Below, in pieces: positions 11,040 to 20,070 of a DNA stretch of 64,000 bases. The position numbers and the translations under genes are program-made. Within the stretch, counting starts at the first letter, position 1. The number at the start of each line of letters is the position of its first letter. The stretch is from Rhodothermales bacterium. Lineage in GTDB: Bacteria; Bacteroidota; Rhodothermia; Rhodothermales; VXPQ01. The notes beneath the pieces are model-generated. The model ran no database searches. It was not told the origin of the DNA and saw only the letters and a program-made list of their open reading frames with translations. Location of the stretch: contig JAJDWX010000004.1 of NCBI GenBank assembly GCA_022825385.1, forward strand, positions 255 to 64,254, in the 5' to 3' direction.

Positions 11040-12311
11040 ATGACGTTCGCGATCGCGATCATTTTTCTGATGCTCGCCCTGAGCGCGTTTTTCTCGGGTT
11101 CCGAAATCGCTTTCGTGGTTGCGAACCGCCTGCGCGTGGAGGTGCTTGCGCGCCGACGCGGCGTCGTGGGCCGCATCGTAAGCGACTTCATCCAGACCCC
11201 CTCCGCGTTCCTGACCACCACGCTGGTCGGCAACAACATTTCGCTCGTCGTCTTCTCCACGCTCACCGCATTTTACCTGGACCCGCCGCTCCATCGCCTC
11301 TGGGACGCCTCCGGGCTGGGCAGTTCGGGCGTCGAGGCAGCCGTACTGATTACCCAAACGCTGGCGGCCAGCGCCCTCGTGCTCGTATTCGGCGAGATTC
11401 TCCCGAAATCCATCATGCGGGAAGCCGCGAACCGGGCGGTGTTCCTGCTGGCCATCCCGCTGCGCATATCGTATTACCTGTTGCTCCCGCTCGTCAAAAC
11501 GGCCGCCGGGGCCGCCACGCTGCTCATGCGCCTGTTCCGCGTCGAGACGGATACGTTCGTCGGATTCATGCGGCGGGACTTCGAAGCCATCATCCAGGAA
11601 AGCCGGGAAAGCGGCGAACTGGATCTCGACGAAGAAGAAACCGAGATGCTTTCGAACGTTTTTGCGATGAACGCGCTGCGCGTGAAAGAGTCGATGGCGC
11701 CGCGGACGGAAATAGAAGCCGTCGAGGAGCACACCCCGGTCGATGCGTTGCTGCGCCGCTTCATTGAAACGGGACATTCCAAATTGCCCGTCTACCAGCG
11801 CAATATCGACCATATCGTGGGGATGGTCTTTGCATACGACCTGTTCCACGGTCCCGAAACCATACAGGAAATCATGCGCCCGGTGCAATTCGTCCCGGCG
11901 GCCAAGCGGTCGAAAGATTTGCTGCGGGAATTTCTCGAAACCAATACGTCCGTCGCCATCGTAATCGACGAATACGGCGGCACGGCGGGCCTGGTAACGC
12001 GCGAGGATTTGCTGGAGGAACTTTTCGGCGACATCCAGGACGAGTTCGACACCGAGCAGGAAGTCCTCCGGCAAGTGGGCGAGAACCGGTACATCGCCGC
12101 GGGGCGGGCGGAAATCGACGAACTGACGGATCGGTTCGGGATTGCGCTGCCCGAAGGGGACTACGAAACGCTGGCGGGCTATTTGCTGGACCGGATCGGC
12201 TCCATCCCCGCGCCGCAGGAGCATTTCGCTTTCGACGGCTACCGGTTCGACGTCCTGAAAGCCGAAGCCAACCGGATCGAACTGGTCCGCCTCTCGAAAC
12301 GCGACCCCTGA
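11040..12311 (+). CDS. CNNM/HlyC/CorC-family transporter (DUF21 + CBS pair + CorC_HlyC; GldE-like)
   Basis: The N-terminus is the DUF21 membrane domain (LSAFFSGSEIAFV). CBS-like repeats follow. The C-terminus reads LAGYLLDRIGSIPAPQEHFAFDGYRFDVLKAEANRIELVRL. Confidence 0.85.
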   Translation: MTFAIAIIFLMLALSAFFSGSEIAFVVANRLRVEVLARRRGVVGRIVSDFIQTPSAFLTTTLVGNNISLVVFSTLTAFYLDPPLHRLWDASGLGSSGVEAAVLITQTLAASALVLVFGEILPKSIMREAANRAVFLLAIPLRISYYLLLPLVKTAAGAATLLMRLFRVETDTFVGFMRRDFEAIIQESRESGELDLDEEETEMLSNVFAMNALRVKESMAPRTEIEAVEEHTPVDALLRRFIETGHSKLPVYQRNIDHIVGMVFAYDLFHGPETIQEIMRPVQFVPAAKRSKDLLREFLETNTSVAIVIDEYGGTAGLVTREDLLEELFGDIQDEFDTEQEVLRQVGENRYIAAGRAEIDELTDRFGIALPEGDYETLAGYLLDRIGSIPAPQEHFAFDGYRFDVLKAEANRIELVRLSKRDP

Positions 12312-12344
12312 CCAGGCCCTCGAACAACCGGCGCGGCGGATTAC

Positions 12345-12908
12345 TTACGGATTCGGCGGGGCGCTTCGCTCCGACAATGCGGCGCTCCGGCAATACGCCC
12401 CCACCACCCGGAGATGCGCCCCCAGCGCCGGCGCAAGCCCCATCTTGCGCAGCCTTTCGGACGGCGTGTCGGGCAATTTGGGCGGGCTGATGCGGCCCAT
12501 CCAGAACTCCATCCCGTTTACGAGCGCCTCCTCCCCGGGAAACGCGGCTTCGGCGAACTGCCCTTCGTAGAATTGCTGCTTGCGCCGCAACCGGGCGTCC
12601 ACCGCCTCGACCGCCGCCGGATCGGCGAGGGACGGGTCGTTGCGGTCAAGCATTTCGAGGCCCGTGAGATAGCGCCGGTACGCGAACGGCAACGACGACA
12701 GGGCAGGCTCCGCAGCCGCCGCGCCCTCTGGCCATTCCCGAAGCCCCGCCTGCGCCGCCCGCAACGTAACGACGGAGACGAGGCACAGCGTTTCCTCCGC
12801 CACGAGATCGGGGTCCGCGTCCGCTATTTCCCGGAGCATGGCGCCCGCCAGTTCCTGCGCAACGTTCAGCGCGCCCAGCGAGCAAAAAGCCACCGTACGG
12901 GTAATCAT
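12345..12908 (-). CDS. hypothetical protein
   Basis: 187-aa ORF with an ATG start and normal-looking composition. No recognisable motifs. Confidence 0.5.
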   Translation of the reverse strand: MITRTVAFCSLGALNVAQELAGAMLREIADADPDLVAEETLCLVSVVTLRAAQAGLREWPEGAAAAEPALSSLPFAYRRYLTGLEMLDRNDPSLADPAAVEAVDARLRRKQQFYEGQFAEAAFPGEEALVNGMEFWMGRISPPKLPDTPSERLRKMGLAPALGAHLRVVGAYCRSAALSERSAPPNP

Positions 12909-12937
12909 CGCGAGGTCCGGTCAGGGTCGCCGGGCGC

Positions 12938-13927
12938 CTATTTCTTCTTGTCGGCGACGTCTTCTCGCCCGATGGAATCCCGCATGCGCGTGTCCGCCTC
13001 CACATTCCGCAGCGTGTAGAAATCCATGGCGCCGATGTTGCCGTTGCGCAGCGCGTCCGCGAGCGCCTTGGGCACCTCCGCTTCGGCGGAAACCACCTTG
13101 GCGCGCTGTTCCTGCACGGCGGCGCGCATTTCCTGCTCCCGGGCCACCGCCGAGGCGCGGCGTTCTTCGGCTTTGGCGCGGGCCACTTGCAGGTCGGCCT
13201 CCGCCTGATCGGTCTGCAACTTGGCGCCGATATTCTCGCCCACGTCCACGTCGGCGATATCGATAGAGAGAATTTCGAACGCCGTCCCGGAATCAAGGCC
13301 CTTGGACAACACCACCTTGGAAATAGAATCGGGATTTTCCAGAACCAGCGCATGCGTTTCAGAGGAGCCGATGGTGGACACGATCCCCTCGCCCACCCGC
13401 GCAATGATCGTTTCCTCGCCGGCCCCGCCCACCAGGCGCTCGATATTGGCCCGCACCGTAACGCGGGCGATGGCGCGCACCTGAATGCCGTCCTTGGCCA
13501 CGGCGGACACGGCGGGCGTTTCGATCACTTTGGGGTTCACGGACACCTGCACGGCCTCGAATACGTCCCGCCCCGCCAGGTCGATGGCCGTTGCGCGCTC
13601 GAAGGCAAGATCGATGCTGGCCTTGTCCGCCGAAATCAGCGCATTCACCACCTTTTGCACATTCCCCTGCGCCAGATAATGCGCTTCGAGTTGCGGGGTA
13701 TCCACGTAGATGCCTGCCTTGTGCGCGGTGATGAGCGGCTTGACGATGCGGACCGGGGGCACCTTCCGCAGCCGCATCCCCACCAGGTCGCGGAACAGTT
13801 TGAGCCGGACGCCGGAGAAATAGGCCGTTACCCACAGCCCGAGCGGCACGAAATACAGCAGAAAAACGAAAAAAAGAACGATCAGCGCGATAACCAGCAA
13901 GCCGAGCGTGGTGAAAAGGCTTTCCAT
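12938..13927 (-). CDS. floA: flotillin-like protein FloA (SPFH/UPF0365 family)
   Basis: The N-terminal TM segment is followed by [23 protein letters not shown]...ITAHKAGI...[11 protein letters not shown] and [25 protein letters not shown]. The start was trimmed to the Met at 13927 (MESLFTTLG). Confidence 0.85.
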   Translation of the reverse strand: MESLFTTLGLLVIALIVLFFVFLLYFVPLGLWVTAYFSGVRLKLFRDLVGMRLRKVPPVRIVKPLITAHKAGIYVDTPQLEAHYLAQGNVQKVVNALISADKASIDLAFERATAIDLAGRDVFEAVQVSVNPKVIETPAVSAVAKDGIQVRAIARVTVRANIERLVGGAGEETIIARVGEGIVSTIGSSETHALVLENPDSISKVVLSKGLDSGTAFEILSIDIADVDVGENIGAKLQTDQAEADLQVARAKAEERRASAVAREQEMRAAVQEQRAKVVSAEAEVPKALADALRNGNIGAMDFYTLRNVEADTRMRDSIGREDVADKKK

Positions 13928-14003
13928 GCGAAGGGAGGAATCTCGTGAAAAAATAAAGGCAGCAAACAGCCGTACGGGAGTATACGACAAAACCGCCGGA
14001 TGG

Positions 14004-14510
14004 TTACGGCGGGTCCGAATCCGAAGCGCGTTCGTACCGCCCGCTTGCGCCGCCGTCTTTGGCCAGCAGCCGGATATCCGAAATGAGAATATCTTTCGAA
14101 ATCCCCTTGCACATGTCGTACAGGGCAAGGCACGCCACGGACGCGGCGGTCAGGGCCTCCATCTCGACGCCCGTCTGGCCCACGGTGCGGACGCGGGCGC
14201 GCACGGCGATCGAAAAGTCTTCTTCGCGGGCGTCGAACGTAACCTCCACGCCCGCCAGCGCCACATTATGGCACAGGGGAATGAGTTCGGACGCGCGCTT
14301 GGCCGCCTGGATGCCCGCCAGTTGCGCCGTACACAGCACATTGCCTTTGGGCGCGGCGCCGGCAAGCGCGGCGCGAAACGCTTCCTCGCCCAAATGCACC
14401 CGTCCCGCCGCCGTCGCCACGCGAGCCGAATCGGGCTTGGCGCCCACGTCCACCATGCGCACGCCGCCCTCGGGATGCAGATGGGTCAGGGAAGAAGCGT
14501 CGTCTGGCAT
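14004..14510 (-). CDS. moaC: cyclic pyranopterin monophosphate synthase MoaC
   Basis: [19 protein letters not shown]...[29 protein letters not shown]...[23 protein letters not shown]. The start was trimmed to the Met at 14510. Confidence 0.9.
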   Translation of the reverse strand: MPDDASSLTHLHPEGGVRMVDVGAKPDSARVATAAGRVHLGEEAFRAALAGAAPKGNVLCTAQLAGIQAAKRASELIPLCHNVALAGVEVTFDAREEDFSIAVRARVRTVGQTGVEMEALTAASVACLALYDMCKGISKDILISDIRLLAKDGGASGRYERASDSDPP

Positions 14511-14657
14511 GGCGGCGGGCAAGGAAAGGGAAGTGGGTGGCGGACGAAAAACGGCCCGGACGTGCAGCCCGGAAAACGCCGCGGGTACATGGGCAAGGGG
14601 AATATAAGGAAAAGCGGGGCGTGGCGGCCTCGTTTTATCGCGGCCTGTCGGGGAAAT
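14509..14657. repeat. left copy of a ~150-bp imperfect direct repeat (moaC start/5' region)
   Basis: By-eye alignment with 20071-20224. Shared blocks include atggcggcg..aaggaaag, ggcggacgaa, gccgcgggtac, ggcaagg.gaatata.ggaaaagcg, and cggcctcgttttatcgcgg.ctgtc.gg.aaat. Roughly four-fifths identical, with small indels. Confidence 0.8.
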
Positions 14658-14683
14658 ATCGAAACTGTACATATTAAATCAGT

Positions 14684-15544
14684 TTATCGAGATGTATCAA
14701 GCGCGTCGCGTTCCTGCATATACTGCTCGTAGGGGACATGTCGGTAAGGTTCGCGAATACCCGACACGGCTTCAGATACAGTCTGTTGAAGATAGTTTAC
14801 ATCCCAATCATCGGTAATGCGACGCTTGTAAAGTTCGTCCTCATCATTAGCTATAGCCTCTGCCATTGCGATAAGTTCGATATCTCTAATCGCAGAAGCG
14901 AGTTTAATAGCGGGCATTAACAAGAACCATTCGCCGAGATCATCCTCGTTAGAAATATAGCGCAGGGCTATCTCTCTGAGTTGTTCCTGCTCGGCGGAGT
15001 TAAAGGCGTTCAGGCCCCAGTGATCGACCATCATTGTAAGAACATGTAATCCTCCATTCATGGCCCCTTCATTTACAGGTTCGTTCGCGTAAACGAATTG
15101 CAGAACAGGTCGTATAGCTTCCTGTCCCATATCGATCCAGTCAGGATAACCACCGCAGCAAAGCCAGGGAAGAAGCACGTCGATATACGCAGGATCGAAC
15201 ATACGCATCACTTCGCCAGACAAAGTAAGGCCTATAGCATCGTCGGGACCGAGCGCCCAGTGAGGACCTTCGCCAAGAAGATATTTTCTTCTGCGCTCGT
15301 TCTCTATCGCAAGCGCATCGACGAGCGCGGCGCGGAGCTGAGGCGTTCGATCTTCTTCAGATACGCGCAGGTATTCTTCGAACGCAGAAGCCATGACGGC
15401 GCGATCACTACTGACAAGATCCATCGAAACGGCTTGCTGAGAACGCGTGGAAACGCTCGCCTTTTGTTGAGCGAACAGAGGAAAAGGGGCCAACCAGATA
15501 GCCAGAAGCGCGAAAAACGAAACAGAGCGTAAGATCGAAGTCAT
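14684..15544 (-). CDS. secreted protein of unknown function
   Basis: Signal peptide MTSILRSVSFFALLAIWLAPFPLFAQQ. The rest is helical-repeat-like. GC drops visibly from here rightwards. Confidence 0.6.
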   Translation of the reverse strand: MTSILRSVSFFALLAIWLAPFPLFAQQKASVSTRSQQAVSMDLVSSDRAVMASAFEEYLRVSEEDRTPQLRAALVDALAIENERRRKYLLGEGPHWALGPDDAIGLTLSGEVMRMFDPAYIDVLLPWLCCGGYPDWIDMGQEAIRPVLQFVYANEPVNEGAMNGGLHVLTMMVDHWGLNAFNSAEQEQLREIALRYISNEDDLGEWFLLMPAIKLASAIRDIELIAMAEAIANDEDELYKRRITDDWDVNYLQQTVSEAVSGIREPYRHVPYEQYMQERDALDTSR

Positions 15545-15589
15545 GAGGGACTTAAAGGATTCGGGTTAGAGGGATGGGAAGAAGCGATT

Positions 15590-16981
15590 TCAACCAAGTT
15601 GAAGATGCAAATGAGGATTATCGGGATAAGTCTCCCAGGATTCATGTCGAAGACGAGGGTAGATGCCGTTTTTAATTTCAACAAATCTATCCCAGAGAGT
15701 CTTATTATCGCCAGTACGAAAATCCACAGCCCTGCCGTACATGTGACGACTTGTAGTAGGGTATGCACTACCTACATTCGTATTTCCTTGAGGACAGCGA
15801 TAACCGGAATCGAGAATTATTCCGGAGTTGTATTTATGACGAATCTTATCTATCGTGTTTAGCAAGGTAGTATTAATAATGCCCCATTCTTTATGTTTTT
15901 GATATTCTACTCCATTTGAAAATCGTCCATTAAGTTCTCTCCAAGTAAAATAAGTACTATTTACGTTAGTCCTGATATCACTGCATGAAGGAGTCCATTT
16001 TACTCCTAAATCTTCATACTCGTCGATCAAATCACATATGACCTGCTGTCCACATTCGCATTCTTCTTCCTCTTCTTCACCATCACCATCACTGCCGTCG
16101 CTGCCGCCACCACCGCCGCCACCACCGCCGCCACCACCGCCACCACCGCCACCACCGCCACCACCGCCACCACCGCCGCCTGTATTATAACAAACATCTA
16201 CACACAAAAGTTCTAAACCATAAGGTCTGCAAAAAGGAGGTGAATCGCCCGAATAAACACAAAGCATACCTTTTGCGAATTCACAACGTTGAAAACATAT
16301 TGTGCTAATATGTTTTATTGAATTTATAGAACCAATTTTACCAAATTGTCCAGTTTCTATTTGCCTTGTAACATGATCTAAAGAAAGTTCAACAGGAATT
16401 TGACCTGGACGATAAGCATATGAATCAACATCTTCGAATAAGATAGTATAGCGTGATACTGTTATTTCCATTTCACCGAAATCATTCGCTACGTATTGCT
16501 CTACATAATTAGCAAAATCATTTTTGGACAATTCTTCTTCACTGGAAAAAACAATAAAATTACCCGAAATTATATCTCCCGAAGGTTCCATATTCATAAT
16601 GAGCGTACGAACGTGATACGTAGTACTGTCATAACGTTCGTCTGTATACTCTCCAAGCGTCGTTGTCAGAACAAGCGTTTCTTCCGTTCCATCGATAGAC
16701 AAAACAACCGATTTATCCCAATCCGGAGGAAATTTCTCTATGAAAGCAAGTAACGCAAGCGAATCTTCGTCTCCTTCAACCTTCGACAAATGCTCTGAAA
16801 CCTCGATCTCCACTTGTTCCACGTACCAGGCTCGGGCCTTGGCCGTCAGGCCATCGCTCGGAACGATGTCGTCCAGAGAGGAGAAATCCGCACCAGAATC
16901 GCAGCTCGATAGAAAGAGCGCGGCGACGAACAAGCCGCAAAGGACAGGGAGAACGCCGCAAAGGAAAGACCGAGTACGCAT
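15590..16981 (-). CDS. lipoprotein with poly-Gly/acidic linker and C-terminal peptidase M15A (YcbK/DUF882-like) domain
   Basis: The likely true start is the Met at 16981 (MRTRSFLCGVLPVLCGLFVAALFLSSCDSG, a lipobox). A 26xGly run is followed by SDGSDGDGEEEEEE. The C-terminus carries ILDSGYRCPQGN...SRHMYGRAVDF...NPHLHLQL, the M15 zinc-ligand pattern. The track ORF extends to 17239 through an IS remnant. Confidence 0.75.
   Translation of the reverse strand: MRTRSFLCGVLPVLCGLFVAALFLSSCDSGADFSSLDDIVPSDGLTAKARAWYVEQVEIEVSEHLSKVEGDEDSLALLAFIEKFPPDWDKSVVLSIDGTEETLVLTTTLGEYTDERYDSTTYHVRTLIMNMEPSGDIISGNFIVFSSEEELSKNDFANYVEQYVANDFGEMEITVSRYTILFEDVDSYAYRPGQIPVELSLDHVTRQIETGQFGKIGSINSIKHISTICFQRCEFAKGMLCVYSGDSPPFCRPYGLELLCVDVCYNTGGGGGGGGGGGGGGGGGGGGGGGGGGSDGSDGDGEEEEEECECGQQVICDLIDEYEDLGVKWTPSCSDIRTNVNSTYFTWRELNGRFSNGVEYQKHKEWGIINTTLLNTIDKIRHKYNSGIILDSGYRCPQGNTNVGSAYPTTSRHMYGRAVDFRTGDNKTLWDRFVEIKNGIYPRLRHESWETYPDNPHLHLQLG
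16103..16180. repeat. 78-nt GGY-codon (GCC/ACC on + strand) microsatellite encoding 26 consecutive glycines
   Basis: Read directly from the sequence: gccgccaccaccgccgccaccacc... In frame with the 15590..16981 CDS. Confidence 0.95.
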
Positions 16982-17001
16982 GATCGAGGGAATACAGGAG
17001 T

Positions 17002-17239
17002 GGTCCGTAAAAACTGGACAGGTTTGCGGGATTCGTTTTAGGTGCAGCTTTGCGGTGGGTTCTGCCGCCTGCGCCAGCGGCTCATACCTGTAGTATACGT
17101 CATCAAGCGTGAGGTTGTCAAGGCCCTGGTGCGGGCGTTCTTCGTTGAAGTAGCGGACGTAGGCGGCGTAAACCGCCGCAATCTTATACCTAAACTCCTG
17201 TCCAGTTTTTACGAACCACTTCTTTGTATAGTCCGCCAA
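17002..17239 (-). mobile_element. IS3-family transposase (orfB/rve) 3'-end remnant with terminal repeat
   Basis: Encodes ...AAYVRYFNEERPHQGLDNLTLDDVYYRYEPLAQAA, homologous to the copy at 53340-53573. The terminal motif tgtccagtttttacggacc (minus strand) lies at about 17002-17020. The transposase stop present in the other copy (TAA) is GAA here. Confidence 0.7.
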
Positions 17240-17330
17240 GGCTATTTTAGCAGGCGCGGCGCATATCGTTCACCCTGCACGGTTGAAGGTACGACGTGCG
17301 GGGAGTACGCGCAAGGGCAAATTCTGGATT

Positions 17331-17376
17331 CTGGCCGCGCCTCTGGCCGCGCCTCTCGCCGCGCCCTGGCCTCGCC
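17331..17376. repeat. 12-bp tandem repeat (about 3.5 units: ctggccgcgcct)
   Basis: Read directly: ctggccgcgcct ctggccgcgcct ctcgccgcgccc tggcctcgcc. It sits immediately 3' of the stop of the 17382..18179 gene. Confidence 0.8.
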
Positions 17377-17381
17377 AAGCC

Positions 17382-18179
17382 TCAATTCATCTCGACAAGC
17401 TGCTCCACGCCGCGCAAGCACTCGCGCCACCAGGGGTCCGGCCATTCGGACGGCTGAATTTCTGGACGTTCCCGGTCGATGTAATACACATATACCGTCT
17501 TCAACTGGCCTAAACCAGTGATTTCGCGGCATGTGGACGGAATATCCCTCGTATCGCCCTCCACTTTGGCGTAATGATCTGAGGCGGGGGTGTTCTGCAG
17601 CATATCGGAAACCAGCACGATGGAATTGAGCATGGTATCACGCTGAACCAGGTGGGCCATTGTTTCCAGAATTGGCGATTGCGCTGCCTCCTCGCGGTCC
17701 ACGAGATCGCGAAATATCGGCTTCAGGGTGGCTAAAAATTGCCGGAATTGGGCTTCGACAAAGACCCTATTCTCATAAATGGGATCATATTCGGCGCCGT
17801 CCTTGGGAATACACGAAGAACCTTTGCTTTGGGCGGGTAGTTGCTCCTTGGATTCGGGCAACCCGTAGAGAAACAGCTTCTCTATATACGCCTCTGAGTC
17901 CCTGTCCCGTGCCCAGGACTCAATTTTTTTGAACGCCTGTTTTGCGTCCTCTTTGGAAATCTTGTTTGAGGTATCAATCAGGATTGCGGTGTGTCCGCGA
18001 ACTACGAATCCTGCTTTTTTTTGCGGGCGGGTGTTCGTCGGGCAGTAATCAGGCGGCGCCACCCGCAGCTGATCGGTATACCACATTTTGTACCCAACCC
18101 AGCCAAGTAACGCAATGGGAATCACGATGAGAAGCACCGCAAACAACGGTTTCCAGGACTTCTGTCCAGACATCTTCAT
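17382..18179 (-). CDS. N-terminally membrane-anchored protein, function unknown
   Basis: 265 aa with a TM anchor (LFAVLLIVIPIALLGWVGY). Beta-strand-like motifs HTAILIDTSNK and SIVLVSDMLQNT are faintly vWA/Rossmann-like. Its ATG overlaps the upstream stop (ATGA at 18176-18179). Confidence 0.6.
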   Translation of the reverse strand: MKMSGQKSWKPLFAVLLIVIPIALLGWVGYKMWYTDQLRVAPPDYCPTNTRPQKKAGFVVRGHTAILIDTSNKISKEDAKQAFKKIESWARDRDSEAYIEKLFLYGLPESKEQLPAQSKGSSCIPKDGAEYDPIYENRVFVEAQFRQFLATLKPIFRDLVDREEAAQSPILETMAHLVQRDTMLNSIVLVSDMLQNTPASDHYAKVEGDTRDIPSTCREITGLGQLKTVYVYYIDRERPEIQPSEWPDPWWRECLRGVEQLVEMN

Positions 18180-19684
18180 AGACTCCGTGGCATTGCGGTT
18201 GGCGCCACATTTACGCTGGCCACTTTCTGCGGCGAATCACCAAGGACCAAGGGTTGATAGTTTTTCCATATCCGAGTGATTTCGCCATGCACCGCCGCAA
18301 TGCGCTTGTCAAATTCGGATTGCCCCGATTTGCCCCACTCGTCAACCAGTTTCGCCGCCTCGTTCAGCGCTTCCGGCTCCAAAACCGCTACCGATAACAG
18401 CGAGTCGGAGTGCTTGTCCTGTCGATGCGCCTCCACGCGCTGGATATCGACTTTATTGGGAGAACTGCCATTGTGCGCCGCGATGAACGCCTGCTCGAGG
18501 ATATCGATGGATGCCTGCGTGTTCTTTTTTTCCTTGAGCGTATCCACCAAGGTCGTAACATTGCGCCGCTCTTGATCGAGCTCTCTGTACCAATCGGCGA
18601 CCTGTTCTCGCAACGCCTGCGTCCGTTTGTCATAGTAGAGTTGGGGCAACGAAACGAATGCATTGAAGAGTTGACGATGATGAGGGGCCGCCTTGGTCCC
18701 GCCATCGCCGTCCACTGCCGAAAACACGTTCTTCTCTTGATGCTGGTCGTTTCTCCTCGGCAGAGTATCGATTGCCGAATCACCCGCCATTTTTCGCGCG
18801 AAGGTAAATCCTTTTGCGCACCCCAAGGCGCAAAGGATTATACCCATAATGGCAACCAACAAAGCCTCCATCTCCCACACGAATGGATTAAAAGATATGT
18901 CGGAATTCCCGGAAGCTGCATTCAGGAGCGTTGAATCTGTCCGCATTGCTTCTGTCTCGACTGCTAATGATTGTCTATAGCGGCCCGCGACATAGTTGAA
19001 ACCAAGAACAAGCACCACCCAGCCTCCCCAGGCTGCCTGATACAACCAGGGCGTCATGGCGGCGAATCGACGACGCAGCGTGAACAGAAAATACCCGGCG
19101 GCGATCCCTAACCCGCCAACATTGATCAGTGAGATGAGCAGAGCCTGTAAGAAAGCCGCCAGCGCTCCACCCTCCAGACCGCCCCTGAGCAATTCCGTGT
19201 TGAGCCCAGCTTCAATGGCGATAAACACAGCACCAAGCGAGAGCATTAAGAGCCACTGTATCCAGGGAGCCGTCGCGTCATTGTCACCAGGCCGCGACAC
19301 ACCCGAGACAGCTTGGATTTCCGATTGCTGGACCTGCGTGGAAGCATCGTTCCCGTCGTTCCCGCCATTCCGCGACGCCAGCCCGTCCGGCGATTGGCCG
19401 AAATTCCGGCACAACGCCAACTGCTCCAGCTCCGCTTCGGCGCTGCGGACCAATTCGTCGGGACCCTGGGACTGGCTGGAACCGCCCGGCCCGAGCGGAT
19501 CGCTCAATTTGGCCCGGAGGTTGCTCAAACTCAGGTTGACGTAGTCCTGAAGATCAAGCCGCAAGCTGGCCAGGAGGCTTTGGTGGGCCGACTGCCACAA
19601 TCCGCCCGCCTCGGCGCCGGCTTTGGCTCCCCGCTCCGCCAGCAATTTGGGATCCAGCGGCCAACGGACCTTCCGCAGCAACAA
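18176..19684 (-). CDS. polytopic membrane protein with flanking coiled-coil regions, function unknown
   Basis: 502 aa. Four central hydrophobic segments (WIQWLLMLSLGAVFIAI, ALAAFLQALLISLINVGGLGIAAGYFLF, WGGWVVLVLGFNYV, ALLVAIMGIILCALGCA) lie between helical, charged N- and C-terminal regions. The track start is a TTG. An in-frame TTG at 19756, overlapping the upstream ORF's stop, is an alternative. Confidence 0.6.
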   Translation of the reverse strand: MLLRKVRWPLDPKLLAERGAKAGAEAGGLWQSAHQSLLASLRLDLQDYVNLSLSNLRAKLSDPLGPGGSSQSQGPDELVRSAEAELEQLALCRNFGQSPDGLASRNGGNDGNDASTQVQQSEIQAVSGVSRPGDNDATAPWIQWLLMLSLGAVFIAIEAGLNTELLRGGLEGGALAAFLQALLISLINVGGLGIAAGYFLFTLRRRFAAMTPWLYQAAWGGWVVLVLGFNYVAGRYRQSLAVETEAMRTDSTLLNAASGNSDISFNPFVWEMEALLVAIMGIILCALGCAKGFTFARKMAGDSAIDTLPRRNDQHQEKNVFSAVDGDGGTKAAPHHRQLFNAFVSLPQLYYDKRTQALREQVADWYRELDQERRNVTTLVDTLKEKKNTQASIDILEQAFIAAHNGSSPNKVDIQRVEAHRQDKHSDSLLSVAVLEPEALNEAAKLVDEWGKSGQSEFDKRIAAVHGEITRIWKNYQPLVLGDSPQKVASVNVAPTAMPRSL

Positions 19685-19751
19685 TAATTGATCTATCTGG
19701 TCGCTGGCCTCCCGCTTGCTGCCTGCGCGGGACGGCTCTCCGCCGAGAAAC

Positions 19752-19997
19752 TCAATGTACTTTAGTTGCCGATCTGTAGGACCCGGGGGGGGGGGCTACT
19801 GTCGAAGAAGCGGCGCCGTCAAAGGCAAGCCGATCCTCCGGCGCAGCAACGGCGAACGCGCCATTTTCCTCTGGCGCGGCGTCGTTCGCCCGCATGACTT
19901 CAACGGGCTCTTCCTCGTTGTTCCTGAAAATTCGACGGATGGTGTTCATTGCTTCCTTGCATGTTGGGGTCGTATAAAAATACTCCTGTAACATCAT
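19752..19997 (-). CDS. small hypothetical protein (uncertain)
   Basis: 81 aa from MMLQEYFYTTPTCKEAMNTIRRIF... It contains the C11 (G11 on +) tract and lies directly upstream of the 18176..19684 gene. Coding status is unproven. Confidence 0.3.
   Translation of the reverse strand: MMLQEYFYTTPTCKEAMNTIRRIFRNNEEEPVEVMRANDAAPEENGAFAVAAPEDRLAFDGAASSTVAPPPGSYRSATKVH
19786..19796. repeat. G11 homopolymer (C11 on the coding strand)
   Basis: Counted directly: gaccc ggggggggggg ctac. It encodes APPPG in the small ORF. Confidence 0.95.
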
Positions 19998-20070
19998 AAA
20001 TCCTTCCCTGCGACCGTATCCCGTATTGGATTGTTCCCGGTCGGGCGGCATTTCTGTCGAGCAACGAGAC

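Noticed and set aside
15541-15768. 75-aa hydrophobic minus-strand ORF
   Set aside because: It overlaps the 3' end of the M15 peptidase domain (which has clear motifs) in another frame.
16103-16180. Highly repetitive GCC/ACC array considered as a CRISPR-like or non-coding tandem array
   Set aside because: It has 3-nt periodicity, no spacers, and is in frame within a CDS (poly-Gly). It is a coding microsatellite, not a CRISPR array.
19752-19800. Possibility that slippage in the C11 tract fuses the small ORF to the 502-aa membrane protein
   Set aside because: In the downstream gene's frame there is a TAA at 19763-19765, between the tract and the candidate start codons, so no fusion product can form.
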